Assembly (NCBI RefSeq): GCF_052425735.1
Contig: NC_135770.1
Coordinates: 21,647,813 to 21,702,000, forward strand
Source of the DNA: Oculina patagonica
Lineage: Eukaryota
Length of the DNA stretch: 54,188 nt
Reading direction: 5' to 3'
Numbering within the stretch: position 1 is the stretch's first letter; every line of letters starts with the position of its first letter. Below, piece by piece: positions 14,319-27,800 of the stretch. The notes beneath the pieces are model-generated. The model had not been told where the DNA came from. It did not search any database and was given only the letters and a program-made list of their open reading frames with translations. The translations under genes were made by a program, and so were the position numbers.

Positions 14319-17300
14319 TCCCGAAACATATGTTGCCCAGTTTAGCCACCCTGGAAACAATGTTGACTAGTTCATGCGCATGCGTGACAGTTTGTTCCCG
14401 GAACATTGTTGCCTAGTTTAGCCACCCGGGCAGCAAAACATTTTCCTTGCTCCCCGCTAATTTAGCCACCTAGGAAACATGACAAGGAACAATGTTTCCG
14501 CAACAATGTTTCCTAGTTAAGCCAGGCCTTAGAACAAAGCCAAGTGTACGTAGATTAATAGGTGGTTTGCATGCGACGTCATAAAATTTAAAATTTAAAA
14601 TCGCGAGGTCTCCTGAATTTTTATCGACACAAGAATGAAGTTAACCTAGAAATGTTTCTTTTTGCAAGTTCTCAGTCCTACAGATTCTTTTTTTGGAAAA
14701 CAAAGCATTTTGAATTTTCGAATTTTGACCCTGCGTGACACGAAGAAAGTGCCCGCGAAAAAGCTGTCTGAGCGAAAAATAGTCTTAGGAGATGTGTTAT
14801 GCGCATGTATACTAGCTAGCGAGCGAAGAGAAAGCACTTTCATTGCAAAAGGAAAGTTTACATGGTTTGGCTGATTTGCGGCCGCCGTGCAACGAAGCTC
14901 GATTTCGGCAAATAACTCAGAGACCTGAGACTGAGAATTTTTTCATGTGTTAGTCTTTTATAACATTTCACTTTCTTGGCTTCTTTCATTGAAGGGTTTC
15001 TAATTTATTTGACAATAAAAAATACTGAAAAGAGAAACTGCGGTAGTTGGGTGAACGAAAAAGGTTATTGTCCACTTTCTAACGTTTTCGCAAACAGGAA
15101 AACACAGAGGCTTTGTCGAATGACAACCCCGTTGGTCGTGATACAAGCCGTCTGGTGGCTGCAGGGGACTCAAGAGCCAATGAACAGCCAGGACTGATTG
15201 CACTTCACACTCTCTTTGTGCGGGAACACAACCGGCTTTGTGATGAATACAAAAGCAAAAATCCACAGGTAAATTTTAAAAATTGCATTAAATTGTTTCC
15301 CTCTTGATTTTGCTTCATGCGCAAGATCAACTCAATTGGAGCGTTGGAACTCCTAGGTAGTATCAAACAGTATTATTCTTCAGTCTCTGAAAAAGCCTAA
15401 CAATAACTTCTTGTATGCAACTTGTGTTAATTCTTTTTTACTCCCCAGGCTAGTGATGAACAGATATTTCAGGCCGCGCGTCGACTGGTAGCTGCTGAGA
15501 TCCAGGCCATCACGTTCCGTGAATACTTGCCAGCAGCTTTAGGGAGCACCCAATACATACCTCCTTATCAGGGGTACAATAAGAGCATAAACGTTGGTAT
15601 GAGCAACATGATGACAACAGCAGCTTTCAGGTAATTCAAATCTAAACATTTAAACACACTCCTTTTGGTCCTTATGGCCCTAGTCCATCTAAAACTTGCA
15701 ATCCTGCCTAGGTATTAACTATCGACATCACATGACTCAATACTCTGAAGCTGAGGGGGGTGGCATCAACTGATGACTAACTGGCCAAATTTTGGTGTAA
15801 ACTGCCCCAAAGTTTATGAAACCAGTAAAAAGTCCAGAATGGCAACATATTCTTTACTCATGTCTCTTTTGTAAAGCCATAACATGCGAAATCTAATATT
15901 TTAATAATATTAAGTACTTTGGAAACCCTCGTTCACAATAGAAGGCGATCTTTTCTTTTGTCGCACTGATTGACGTTCGAATTTAGCGCCAGCGGCGCAG
16001 CTAAAGTCTTAGTAATGTCGTTGCAGTTTGGGCGATGGTCGCCTTAAATATCCCAAGAACTATCAAAACCAAACACAAAGTTGCAGCTAAAAAAAGCATC
16101 TCATAATCAAATTGGCCATGGCTGCCAAGCCTCCCGAGTACATCTTCCACATTTATAGGCTTAAACCAATCAACACACACTTGACTGTCAATGCAATGTT
16201 TAATGATAATCATTTTGTGATACATGTGTTTTATTTAAGATTCGGACACAGTCAAGTCAACACTCACTTGTGGCGGTTTGAAGAGGATGGTACGATGTCT
16301 CATTACGGACACCTCGCTCTTAGAGACGCCTACTTTTCCCCTGAAAGAGTGTCGAGGGAGGGAGGAATAGAGCCTCTCTTTAGAGGTGCGGTCAGACAAG
16401 CTGCACAAGAAGTCGACTTGGAGGTTAGTAGTATAATGAGCATTTATAATTACTCATACCTTCCCCTTAGAGCAATTATCAATTGAGTGTCGTAAAACCA
16501 AAACCAAAGTTATTACTCTGGCCAATCAGAAACGACATTGACAATCCAGTGAACCAATCAAAAGTCGAAGCAAAAAGAAGTAGCTGACGCGAAGCGCGGG
16601 AAACCGTGCGCGAGCGAGTCACGATTGGTTTTGGTTTTAGTTCTGATTGTTCGAGAAAGTGGCGCGAGATTTTTAAAACCAATCACTGAGTGTAGTGATG
16701 CAAAACCAAAGCAAACGCAAATTACTTTCGACACTCAAGTGAAAACCGCTCTAAAGTGTAGTGCACGAGACATTGCCTTTCTCGTTAATAAGGTGCAACC
16801 TCTCTTTGCATGATTTTTTCACATTTCGTCATACCGAATCTGAATGTAAACAAGGAAGCTGGTCAAAATAATTATAATGGACCCTTCAATTTTTTTCACA
16901 CGGTTTGATATTGGCCATGTTGCGAAAAACTGTCGATACCACTGAAAAGAGCACATTAACTGATTAACGAATACAAATGAAAAATAAAAGTAAAGTAAAT
17001 AAGCGAAGTTAGTTGTGAGTAGTGTCTTGTAACATCGCAAAGGAAATTTTACTTGTTCGCTGGTGGGCAAGTTTGTACCCCAGCATACAAACGTTTATAA
17101 AATTACCTGACTTTGTAGAACCATGCTGTCGCTTTTTTGCAAGAAATGACTATCTAACCTGGCCATTTTACTGATTTTAAGGTATTCTTTCCAGCATCAG
17201 GTCCATAGATTTTCGTTAGTTGGGCAATATCTAAAGTTGAAAAAAAGATAAAAACGGCGAAAGGATCTATTCTGAAACACCTCAAGGTGAAAGTCTAAGA

Positions 17301-19308
17301 ACATGAATGAAAAGTGTCCCCTTTACTAGTGATTGCAAGTGCAGTACTTTTGTGTAGCAAAGGACCAAGAAATCTCTTTAAGAGAAGTGTCGCTTTACTG
17401 GAGACTAGAATGAAGCGTTCATTTGTGTGTGTCTGTATCCCCTATAGAATCATTCCTATAATAGAAGAAGGCTTGAAACCGGTTGGTTTGATATTAAGGC
17501 TTTTTGTAATATTAGCGTATACAGTGTATTGATATCCTTTTACTACTGTATTATCCAGATGGTGGACGACATGCGGAACGCTTTGTTTCCGTCTGGTCGG
17601 GAACTTGGTGAAGATTTAGCGGCCAGGAACATACAGCGTGGAAGAGATCATGGCTTACCAGATTACAACACTGCGAGAAAGGCGCTTGGTTTGAAAGGTT
17701 AGTGTCCGTAAAATTTACTTACTATTCAAAATGTCCTCAAGAGGCTTATTTGGCTAAGGTGATTGAAATGTCACTTAATTCTAAGTAGATCCTTACCGGA
17801 GCCTTTGCTCGTTTGAAGTAAAAGCCTTTTATTTTCTTGAAGGACTCAGCAGTTTTTCAGAAATCACCAAAGATTCTAAGGTTGCTAAGAAGATGGAGGA
17901 TCTTTACCATGACATAAACAATGTTGACTTGTGGGTTGGAGGCTTGGCTGAGGACCACGAGAGTGACAGTGAACTGGGACCGACTTTCAGGGCGTAAGTT
18001 GAACAACGTAAATGAGCCACTCTTTTAAGCCCGCCAAGCCTAAAAAAAAAACATTAAAATTCACTCAACAGTCGACCTTTGCCCATTCATTATAAGAGAC
18101 GGACCATCATCATCTTTTTGGAGGGGGGGCGCGGAGGGGAATCAAAATTTTAACACAAACAATTTTTTTCAGTGTCGTTGTCTGTGCAAACATTTTTTTT
18201 CGGCTGCATCTTTCTGCTGCCAAAGTTTTTTGATAACTGCAAACAATTTATTTTGGCTTTTTTGCTTTTGCAAACAATTTACTTCAGGATTTTCGATTCC
18301 CCCCCCCCCCCCCCCCCATCCCAAAACACTAATGGTCCGCCCCTTACTTTTGAGCTTAATGACCGTGCCTTCAAATAAAAAGAGTTGTCAATCGTCACCA
18401 GCTCAGCCAGTCAGAAAGGAGTGCGTTTAATGCAGGTTTTTAAACTAATAGAATTTTAATGTCCCATCTGATTACTGAAATTTGACTAATTAGTTTGTTT
18501 TAAATATTGCATTTACAGAGAACTCCGATTGTAAATGTAATGCCGAGCAATTCCGTTTTTCTTGCAGAATTATAATGCGTAATTTCTTGAGAATCAGAGA
18601 TGGCGACAGGTTCTGGTATGAACGTTATCTTACCAAGGAGGTAAATAACTGTTAAGATTTTGTTTCCGAACTTTTTCATGTATCACTACATGTGCTACAA
18701 ATAGTCACACAACCACGTAACTAAGTTTTCATTGAAAGCTTAAGATATATACTGAATTTTCGATTTACTTTCATGCATTGAAAACGATCACAGCCTTCCA
18801 TTGTTTTTGTGTGGATGAAAGACGAAAAGATATCGAAAAAGATGCGATATAGATGAAAATTGAAATGAATTTGTAACCGTTAAACCGTTGTTCTGTTACT
18901 AGTTCCAACGACTAATTCAACCAGTATCCACACTGTTTCTTTGCTTCTCATTTACAGGAAACCGACAAGGTCCATTCCCTTACGCTGGGAAAGATCATCC
19001 GCCTGAATACTGGGTTCAAAAGCGCGCCAGATAACGTGTTTTTCTCCACGGATTACTGCGCAAGCGTGAAAGATTTTCAATGCGTGCCGAAAATGGAAGA
19101 AAGTTCTCCAGTAACTGAGGCCAGCACCAGTAACACCGTGAGAAATGCTTTAATAGCGATAAGTGTTGTCATGTTTGTGGTCTTGATAATACTTATTGCC
19201 CTGCTGATACGCTCCTGTATTCGTTCACGGCAAAAAAGGAAAGTTACCCCGGTCAAGGCGGTAGAAGCTCACACCAATGACGATGTTGCAGTGTATGATA
19301 TTTCGTAA
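7924..19308 (+). CDS. Animal haem peroxidase (peroxidase-cyclooxygenase superfamily), type I membrane protein, ~663 aa
   Basis: 13 phase-compatible GT-AG exons: 7924-8051, 10239-10467, 10623-10679, 11237-11332, 12022-12092, 13978-14137, 15098-15268, 15449-15630, 16240-16423, 17559-17697, 17843-17993, 18568-18640, 18958-19308 (1992 nt). Signal peptide, [18 protein letters not shown], distal-His [44 protein letters not shown], proximal-His [40 protein letters not shown] helix [21 protein letters not shown]. Confidence 0.93.
10737..10900. repeat. (TCAG/TCGG/TCTG)n tetranucleotide microsatellite
   Basis: cagtcagtcagtcagt... in peroxidase intron 3. Confidence 0.85.
12621..12781. mobile_element. 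Small inverted-repeat element (MITE-like)
   Basis: aaacaagactgcaaatatgatcatactatgtgaa ... ttcacgtagtatgatcagccttgcagtcttgttt are imperfect reverse complements. Confidence 0.55.
13278..13882. mobile_element. Degenerate TIR element
   Basis: aaggctggtcttttac..agcata at the left end and ttatgcctgttgaaaaaccagcctt at the right end. Confidence 0.4.
14161..14528. mobile_element. MITE, PIF/Harbinger-like
   Basis: ~32-bp TIRs ggcctggctaaactaggaaacattgttgcgga / tccgcaacaatgtttcctagttaagccaggcc, flanked by TAA/TTA; internal agtttagccacc repeats. Confidence 0.85.
16468..16754. mobile_element. MITE-like inverted-repeat element
   Basis: ttagagc..tcaattgagtgtcgtaaa at the left end versus tttcgacactcaagtgaaaaccgctctaa at the right end. 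Confidence 0.7.
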
Positions 19309-20429
19309 TTTGCTGATATGCGGCTGTAAGCTTAAAAAATTCAGTCGGGGGAAACAACGGCTTTTTTTTTTCTTTGCAAATCTTCGTTTAAGCTCTCGCA
19401 AAGTTTCCGATTTTTATTATCCAATCAAAGAATAGCACGAGCACTTGAATAAACTCCGAAAGTTGTCGCACCATCATAGTGAGATCAGTTGCTAAGCAGC
19501 TTCGAGACGGGTACTGCGGGCTCAGTCCTGTCTCGGAGACCGACTCGACGCAATCAATCGGCATTTTTTTCCTCCGACTGCATTGGCCGAAAGCCATTGT
19601 GAAAATGTAAAAAATATAAATGCACTTAGGGTATTGTTTTGTCTCGTACGATTTTTTAGTTTAAAGTGCATTTCATTTCGAAATGATAGTTTCATCTGCA
19701 TTTTCTTTGTTCAAGATTTATTATCATATTCTTTAAACAAAGAAAAATATCAATCAAACAAGTTTGAAATCTTTTTGACTTTTGACTAAGTCCATTGCAT
19801 GACCTTATAAAGCAAGTCTTAAAATATTCTACTTCGTAAATCGTGGCGTCGAATTCCAAAGTCGCGCTCTCCATAAGCAGCGACTTCCCGAAAGTTACAG
19901 TAGTTTTGGTACCCTTTTAATAAATCCCCTAAGTAAAAGACCCCTCGTAAAACAACCCCCTAGAAGTGAACGCACAGTTGAAAATCTTACACATTGCGAT
20001 ATGCAAAACTTAAAGCGTGTAACCGATTTACCCATTCCCCCTTGCCATAGAAACGGCAGGAATTCAAGAATAGCGAAGCGCGCGAGTGACGTCATGACTC
20101 AGACAAGACTCAGACAAACAAACCAGAATGGCGGACGATTTTCCCAAAGCACATTCTAAAACAGCAGATATTACTAAAACACTTTATTAAAACGAAAACT
20201 TCGCCTAGTTTCCCTCTATTTCTCTCAGAGCACGCTGATGTTTTCTGAGCCTCGTTCGGGGTATAATCATTTGCATTCTATTTTTAGCCCTCGCGCTGAA
20301 CAAAAGTGCAATATTAATAGTTGTAGACTATTATTCCAAAAGTATTTATTTTTCACTTTAATTCCATTCCAAATTGTATAATTTTGAAGATAACCGTGAA
20401 TCTGGGTTTCTAGCCTATGTGATATATAT

Positions 20430-20746
20430 ACATTTATACCATGCCATAGAAAATACAGCCAATCAGAATACAGGAAAGCCGTTGTATATTCGACAGTATT
20501 CAACCCAACCTTCCCATCGTGCGCTGCGATCTTATTCTCGATGAAATTTAGTGAGCGTATTTTCTATGGCATGGTATAAAATAGTTACACAACACTTTCT
20601 CGTGGTATACTATGGAATATCCCACTTGTCACTTGTATTTTCTTCGTATACACACTCGCCTAAAGGCTCGTGTGTATACCGAGAAAATACAAGTGACTCG
20701 TGGGATATTCCATAGTATACCACTCGAAAGCGTTGCATAACTAGTA
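20430..20746. repeat. Dispersed repeat made of two adjacent hairpins
   Basis: tttataccatgccatagaaaatac / gtatttctatggcatggtataaa and tggtatactatggaatatcccac..gtcacttgtattttct / agaaaatacaagtgactcgtgggatattccatagtatacca. Confidence 0.7.
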
Positions 20747-21842
20747 TATATTTAGTTTTTTACATGTTCATATGTAATTATGATAGTGTCCAAGGAGCTG
20801 TAGCAAAGTAACGCGCAAGTCATCAAAAGAACTTGGTTAGGTACAAAAAAATGCACGAAAGACACAAATGACTTTTTTTAAAAAACCACGGATAGTAAAT
20901 GCCGTTGTAACAAAATCGAATCTAACATATCTCAATTTGGTCATTTGTAAAGTCCTCTTTTGCCTTACATGAAAGCAAGTTACATTTTCATTTTATGGCA
21001 AAAAGAAAGCGGGCTTTGGAGACGAGATTGCAGTAACTCTTCTAACAAAAAGAGCTACGCATTCGCGTTATCGAGCTACAGAACTTTAAAAGCGGGTAAC
21101 AATAACACTTCAAAAGTGATAAAAACACTGAAGCCGTAACACAACTTCATAGTCTTTAAATAAATAAATCAAGATGACAATCTGGAAATCAACAGATGAC
21201 CAGTATTTGGGTCGCAATGTCATCTAACGAATTTAGAAACTGTAAATATCTGAGATTGTCGTATTCTCATAAAAATATTCGAACTTGCACACGAGAAATA
21301 AAACGAGTGACGCACTTGACTAGACTACTTTTTGCTAGTTTAACTTCTCAACTTCTCCCTCCATCCGCTACTTGACCAGTATGTTTCACGCACTAGCGGA
21401 AACAAAGGTGGTAAAAAGAGGGTCAAATCCAGTAGGGCCTTTCTTGCTTAAGTAGGGGGAGGGAGCATCGAAGGTGTGCCCTTTCCTGCTCCAACAAGGA
21501 CAAGGGGGGGGGGGGGGGGTGGGATTGGAGGCTAACATTTTTAAGCTCTCCAGGCCTCATGCTTTTCAGCATGAGGCGAGTGTGGGAACCCCAGATTCGC
21601 CACTCGATGACATCATGGCATTTTGGAATTTAGATTGGCAAACCCCCAAACCGCTAACTCTTTGACTACTCACTTGTCAAAAAGCAACTTAAGTATAACT
21701 AGTTTTCGACCACATACAAAATTCTCCCAGTGCGAATTGACGAAACTGTACCATCACCTGTATGGAGAATTTAGATGATAGGCTTACGACTAAGAGAAGA
21801 GGTTCAAAAGTCTTAGTCTGAGTCGATATGCAAATGGGGACA

Positions 21843-24800
21843 TTATTCTGAAGAGCAGGTCTCCTGATGTACTGTTGGCGACACAGCTAAAGTGAAAAGT
21901 TTTTGTAGCTTATCCTTATGAACTGGGTGAAATGGTTGACCATCCACTGACATTTCTCTCTTCTGGGAAATTCCATCGCACACTCCAAGCCGAACAATAC
22001 ATTTAAGTATTTCTTCCTCCTGGAAAAAAACAAGCCATTTTAAATTACATTTTATAGTTGCAGAATTTCAGACCAAAAGTAAATGCTTTAACACAAAAAA
22101 TTTAAAACCTGGGACAAACGAGGATGAGAGTTGATGAGTGTTCAAATTCTCGCTCTCGTTTGGCTTTGAAGCTCTCATGCACTCTCATTGACTTTGAACG
22201 TGCTCAAAGTTTTCATGAAAGTCGATGAGAGTTTTCTCTCGTTTGGCCCGAGTTGTTCAAAGTCGATGAGAGTTGGTGAAAACTCTCATGAGAGTCAACT
22301 CTCATCGTTGTTTTGCCCGGGTTTTACACTCAATAATTTCTTACTTACTTTTCGCGGAATTCTAGATTAGAATCACGAAACAAGTGTGAACGGTAACGCA
22401 GTGTCGTGTTGTGTTAGTGAACCGCTTCAACACGAACGGCAAGCAGTGAGAGAGTTGCTTTTTACAGTTTATTACTGAGAGAATAAACGGATGAAGGGCC
22501 AAGCCCGAAACGTTTGATATTTTTGTAGTGATCTTGGCACTACTGTTTAACATTAAATAATAAATAATTTACACAACCAAGTACAACGCAACCTATGAAC
22601 TGTTTACCTTCGATTACAAGTAATTAAGATCATTACCGTTTTCACTGTATTTAGGACGTCCTCTTTAGAAATAACTCTGACTGTCCCAACTCCTCGTCTA
22701 GCATACCGCGAGTGCACTGGACACTGATTTAAGATGTACAGTGCTGCCACCAAAGCCGATGCACCCCAGTTAGACACGCCCGCGGTGATCAAATGGTCAG
22801 TGGTAACCGCACTGGCTATTTGTTGTCCGTTTTCAATGTGATCAATGACCTGTGTGTGGACTTTTCCCATCCCGATCTCATTTCCACCATCACCGATTCC
22901 TACAGTGGAAATCTTTTCTGACTTATAGGCTGAAAATAAAAAAAATCATATTTAAGAAGGGGTCATCATTGAGGGAGTTCGAAGTAAAAACTATTGCTGA
23001 ATTGGCGGCCGACTTTAAACGTCTGGTTCACAAGAAAGATTCTCAATTGACTATCAAATTAAAGGGACATGGTCAGCGTTCTTACCGCGCTGACCTGGAC
23101 ACTAGTTTTCACGTTTTGAAAAAAAAGTCCACGGTGGACTTTTTTCAAAAAGAACCTTCAGAAATCTGCTTCAATCTTCTCAGTGATTCACTAAATAGGA
23201 AAATTTAGAAAAAAAACACTGAGAAGATTGAAGCAGATTTCTGAAGGTTCTCTACGCGTATTTTTGATTTCGGGTTAAGGTGGACTTTTTTCAAAACGTG
23301 AAAACTAGTGTCCAGGTCAGCGCGGTCTGAACGCTGACCATGTCCCTTTAAAATTCGCGTTTCCTTTGGTTTTGTGCTTGGCTAGCTCTTATAACTGATT
23401 TTACAATGTGTAACTTATTATAACGACTCTGAGCAAACCCAAAATCAATTTTGACTGGCTTACACACGTTGTCTCGCGCTTGAAAAAAAAAAAATGATGC
23501 GAGTAACAACTGAGTCATTGCGTTACTTGAGTACGTCCTTTAACTTTCAAACCAATCTCGTTCGTTCTCGTTCGTTTCGTCACTGATCAGTAGAAACAGA
23601 TGTTCTGGGAACGAGATTGGTATTACACGTGAAGATATGAACACGAGCACTAGGTTTGAAATGTCGTACACGTAATTCGATTGCTAAAGGGATCTTGGAA
23701 GGGCCCTAAAAGCCTGATGGTCCCGTCTACAAGGTCACCGCACCTCCTTAACAAAGTACGAGCTTATTATTACCTTGAATGAAAACTTCATCAACTGGAC
23801 TGACTTTACAAACATCGGATAAGTCTCTAGCTTTCATCGTCATGTAACGTCCCTCTTCTGTCCTGCTAATCGCTTCTATGGCAACCAAAGCGTCAAACTT
23901 GGGGCTCATTTGATGCGCTGCATCGTGGAACAGGAGTTTCTCAGCAGCTGCCCTAACTCCACCTGAGCCATGCGTTCTTTCGGGTGTGAACTCCACAACA
24001 GACACGTCGTTCTCCAAAAAAGTTTTTACAAGCTCCTGCACTAATTTCAGGTGGTAGTAACTTGCAATAAACGTCACCTCCTTTCCAAGAGCTTTGAGGG
24101 CTTTGCCCATTGCGATCGCCCCTAAAGGACCATCAGTTTCATCCGGAAACTCCTCCTTGGTGTTACAAGGGAAGCCGAAATGTATGGCCACAGACGAAGC
24201 GTGAGACAACACAAGCGCGGCCTTCAGGAGCTCATCAGGTATGTGAAGCTTCGCGACACCCCTTTTCCCGATGTCTTCCTGAATCTCGGTCTCCAGGCAA
24301 CGGATTGTGTTAATGACTTTTTCAGACAACAGAGAAGCAGTAAAGGGTTTTTCCTTTATTGTCACCACCCGTGGCTGTGTATCAGTATCAATGGACGGAT
24401 TACTATCACGAAATTCTTTGACTGTTCTATCGCACTCAACAAGTCGCTCCATGTCGTCAGTAAAGGCCAGTGGTAAACCTGTAGAGAAAAAATAATAGGG
24501 TAGTGTAATATCAGGAGTCCACAACCCACTTATTGACCTGGAAAGATCACAATCTTTACCGGTGAAAACAATCTCTTCTCGTCGGTTATTGGCCTTTTGC
24601 GACCAAGAAAGGTGCACATCCCCACCTAAAGTAACTAAAAGTGTATGAAATTTAGAGAATAGAATTTGGTGAGTGCATATTTCGTCTAGAAATGTTTCCA
24701 CTACAGATGATGACGTACTATACATTATGACGAGGGAATTTAGTCGTGGTGTCGAAACAGCCGCAATCTTAACTTGGAATCCGCCATCACAAACTTCTTG

Positions 24801-27800
24801 CCTTTTTTATGCAGACAAAAAAACATCGAAACTGGCTCGAAAGTAATAAAGTGTAATAAAAAGATACTAAAACGCTAAAAATGTATACAAGGTTACAAAC
24901 AATAGACGGAATCGGCTAATGTGTTAATGTATCCTTGTTTCCACCCAATTCATACGTACCACGTGATGGTTTTTTTAGGGAGGTTACAACTGTACAATTT
25001 CTTACACGAAGCTGAGTGTATGGGAATATGTACGAACAGAACAATTGTAATCTCCCAAATGAATCATCACATGATCTGTATTAACCTTAGCCGAATCTGT
25101 CTATGATGCCACCTTTGTAAACAGAAGCAACAGGCGAATGTTTTTCTTGGGAAACAGTTAAAAATATTGGAGGAGGGTTTTTTAAAACTTTCCGAGCCAA
25201 CGATCATTCTATAAAACACAGAGTCCGAATCTAATGATTGTTTTGTTATAAATTGTCACAAAGAAAAACGCGTTCAAAAACTTCGAATTCTGAGAAAAAC
25301 AAAATGACGCAATTGATGAAAATATTACATGAAAGATTATCTTGTCATGGATGTCAGTCATTCGAAGTGCTGATTATTGATTTGTGCTTACACATAAAAT
25401 TAGCATATGTGTTCAAACGCACTAAAATTAAAATTAACCTTTTCAATGATGTCATTTATAAATTTCAACGATTAAACAATAGAGGCTATTTCTGATCTAG
25501 TTCTGTCAGTATTTCAATACTGCTAATAAAAACTAGATTTATATTTAGTTCTTCTTTTCATTCGTCAAGAGTTTCATGAAAGTAAAACGAAAATTATTGC
25601 AGCCGTTCTTATCTTATTGACCCGCTTTAGAACGAAGAGAAAAGGGACTTTCCCTTTCGCAAATATTTTCAACCTTTATTTACTTTCTTAGAATCATGAA
25701 TATTTCATTTTTTCTAGACAAGCAAATGTTGTGATCGCGTGGCCTGATGTCGCCGTTTCGGTTTCACCGACGAAAATCGATTCTCTGTCTGTCTCTTAGC
25801 TTCGACTTAACTCTGTAGATTTTAAAAACGGAGCCTGAAACTTTGGCATGGGTTCAAAAGAATCACCTCATTCTTGTGGCACGAAGAAAGCCGCCGACAG
25901 AAGGAGGTCGAATTTTTTCTGGTATGCGATTGACTCACTTATTGCACATGGCCATCTTGTTTTATCAGCAAATGCTAAAAATATCCGATATCCTCCGAGG
26001 AAAATCTCGCTAATATGACATATACTAAAACCCGAAACAACGAAACGAAACCACCGAAAGGTCTGCAGTCTGCCTGCACACCGGTTAGCTTGAATATAAA
26101 CGCTTAGGTTTACGATGAGCTCTCGATTATGGTAATGAGTTTCGCTTGTCTCGGCCGTTTCGGTCGTTTTGGCGCGGATTTTGTTTTGGTGGCTTCGCTC
26201 GTTTCGGTGGTTCCGTTTCGTTGTTTCGGGTTATACTTTTAATACATGGCATGTAGTTCATGTCCACAAATATGAACTGTTGCAGGAACGAACGGCAAGA
26301 AACCGGAACGTACCATGCAGACAACTCAGAGAACTGAGCCGAGTCAGAATAAAACTGAGCCAAATCGGCAACCATGCAAAGAGACAACTATAAGTTGCTA
26401 TAAACGAGGAATTATTTTTATATGTACACAATGAATGACCTTCCGTCACAGTCCAGAGAGCCAGAATTATCGAACGAAACGGTTGAAGTTCTTCCATTAG
26501 AACCAAAAGCTGAAGGGCGGGAGCTTTGCAGCGATGTGAATACATTATTTACGTTTTCTCTCGACGAGTCAACCTCAGTAGTTGCGGAGGCGAAAATCGA
26601 CACAGAATCTAACACGTTGAACATCCTTCTCACGAACTGCAACCTCGTGACAGTCGGACGGTCAGACACCCAACAACTCAAATGTAATTGTCATTTACAA
26701 GAGGAGAACAAATGTGTTAGCAACAGTGACAATGAGGTTCGGTCAGACAGTGCATCGAAGACTGCAGATTCTGCAAATCGCAGCCTTGGAGGGCGTAAGC
26801 CAACAGAATACCAATTGCAGCATTTTAATGAAGCAGCAGAAGACTGCAAACCGGTTGACTCGGATGAGATAGTGGGGAGCGTCGAGCCATTGTTGCCTTT
26901 GATCAAAAAGCAAGGATATCTTAACGGATCACAATGTGAGAGAATCATGGAACAACTTGAGATTTTACAGGACAATGGAAAATTTGGAGAGCATGAGGGT
27001 CTTGTCACATCATATCTCTGTCGTTGTGGGGAAGAAAAGAATTCTGACTTGGAATTGGCATTAAGAATTGAGCGCGGAGTGGCATTTTCTTATCACAAAG
27101 AGTTCAAAAACAGCAAGCGTATGTTCACCTCAGTCATAAAATCAGACAAAGAGCTTAGAAATCCGAATATTTTAATTGCAAGAGCGTACTTTTTACTTGT
27201 CGCTGACTATAGAAGTAAAAAGGTCATAAAACTCTCCCCGCTCTTTGAATTTCTTAGACGCAGCGAGTTTTTACTTCAAAACCACGACTCGCCAGAGGAC
27301 TGGGCCGAATTGTATTACAACTACGGCTCTGTATGGTTGGTTTACATGAGCATGATCCCGGATGATGAGAGGAATGCGCAAGCGCGAAACACTGCTCGGG
27401 GGAATGCAAGATACTACTATGAGCAGGCGATTTCTTTCTGCAAGAAAGATCCACGATTGAGAGTTCAAATAAAGAAGCAAACATACATTCATCTTAAACT
27501 GGCTGCACTACTACTCGACTGCAGTTCGAAAGCCGCCCGAACTCGTCAAAAAGTCATTCCACCAACTGACATCAAGGAGGCTAAAGAACATCTGGATTTC
27601 GTACAGTACAAACTTGGCGTTTGTTTACCGCTAGGTACTCGTGTGCAGCTTTTAAAAACTCGTTCGGATCAATTTTATCGTCAGGAAATATTTCAGCTAG
27701 CCAAAGAAACAGCCGAAGATGCGTTACAGATCGCTTTGTCCAACGAATTTTACACCGAAATAGACACTCTACGGGAAAGAATTGACTTTCTTGACAAATT

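Noticed and set aside
24479-24725. N-terminal 82 codons of the 325-aa minus-strand ORF
   Set aside because: Intronic read-through upstream of the acceptor at 24479-24480; no DGLUCY similarity
26025-26062. ISRE-like GAAACGAAAC run upstream of copy 1
   Set aside because: It is one arm of an inverted-repeat element, so not independent evidence of IRF control; exaptation is possible but unsupported
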